This document shows positions 20,037 to 20,097 of a stretch of DNA of 20,097 nucleotides, in pieces (position 1 is the first letter of the stretch; every line of letters starts with the position of its first letter). This DNA comes from Chiloscyllium plagiosum (Eukaryota). The notes beneath the pieces are model-generated. The model ran no database searches. It had not been told where the DNA came from and saw only the letters and a program-made list of their open reading frames with translations. A program made the position numbers and the translations under genes. The stretch covers positions 95,747,158-95,767,254 of the forward strand of contig NC_057718.1 in the NCBI RefSeq assembly GCF_004010195.1, read 5' to 3'.

Positions 20037-20097
20037 TTATCTCGTTCAGATATGTTACAAAAGGTGGTATGTCTGCTGATGCCGGGGGCTGGGAAGG

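Noticed and set aside
1..20097. CRISPR array, retron or other prokaryotic RT system
   Set aside because: No regularly spaced repeats or operon structure; all RT motifs are eukaryotic non-LTR types in broken frames.

Overview
Eukaryotic, repeat-dense DNA with no recognisable host protein-coding exon. It is most likely intronic or intergenic sequence from a cartilaginous fish (shark); this is inferred from recalled HE1-like SINE and CR1 family resemblance, not from a search. About two thirds of the window is decayed retroelements: CR1-clade LINE fragments (APE endonuclease and RT motifs), one Rex1/Babar RT, five HE1-like SINEs, two other tRNA-derived SINEs and about eleven Penelope-like element (PLE) pieces. 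The recognisable ORFs are broken retroelement frames, and the rest show no motif I recognise. The most interesting layer is a set of short PLE-terminal insertions carrying about five distinct minimal hammerhead ribozyme (HHR) variants. Most are flanked by 10-16 bp target-site duplications (TSDs), one has an intact catalytic core (7337-7364, minus strand), and two inserted as fold-back units, including a 50-bp near-perfect palindrome at 19931-20034. PLE hammerheads are a known phenomenon. What merits checking is whether these short and fold-back units form discrete non-autonomous families.
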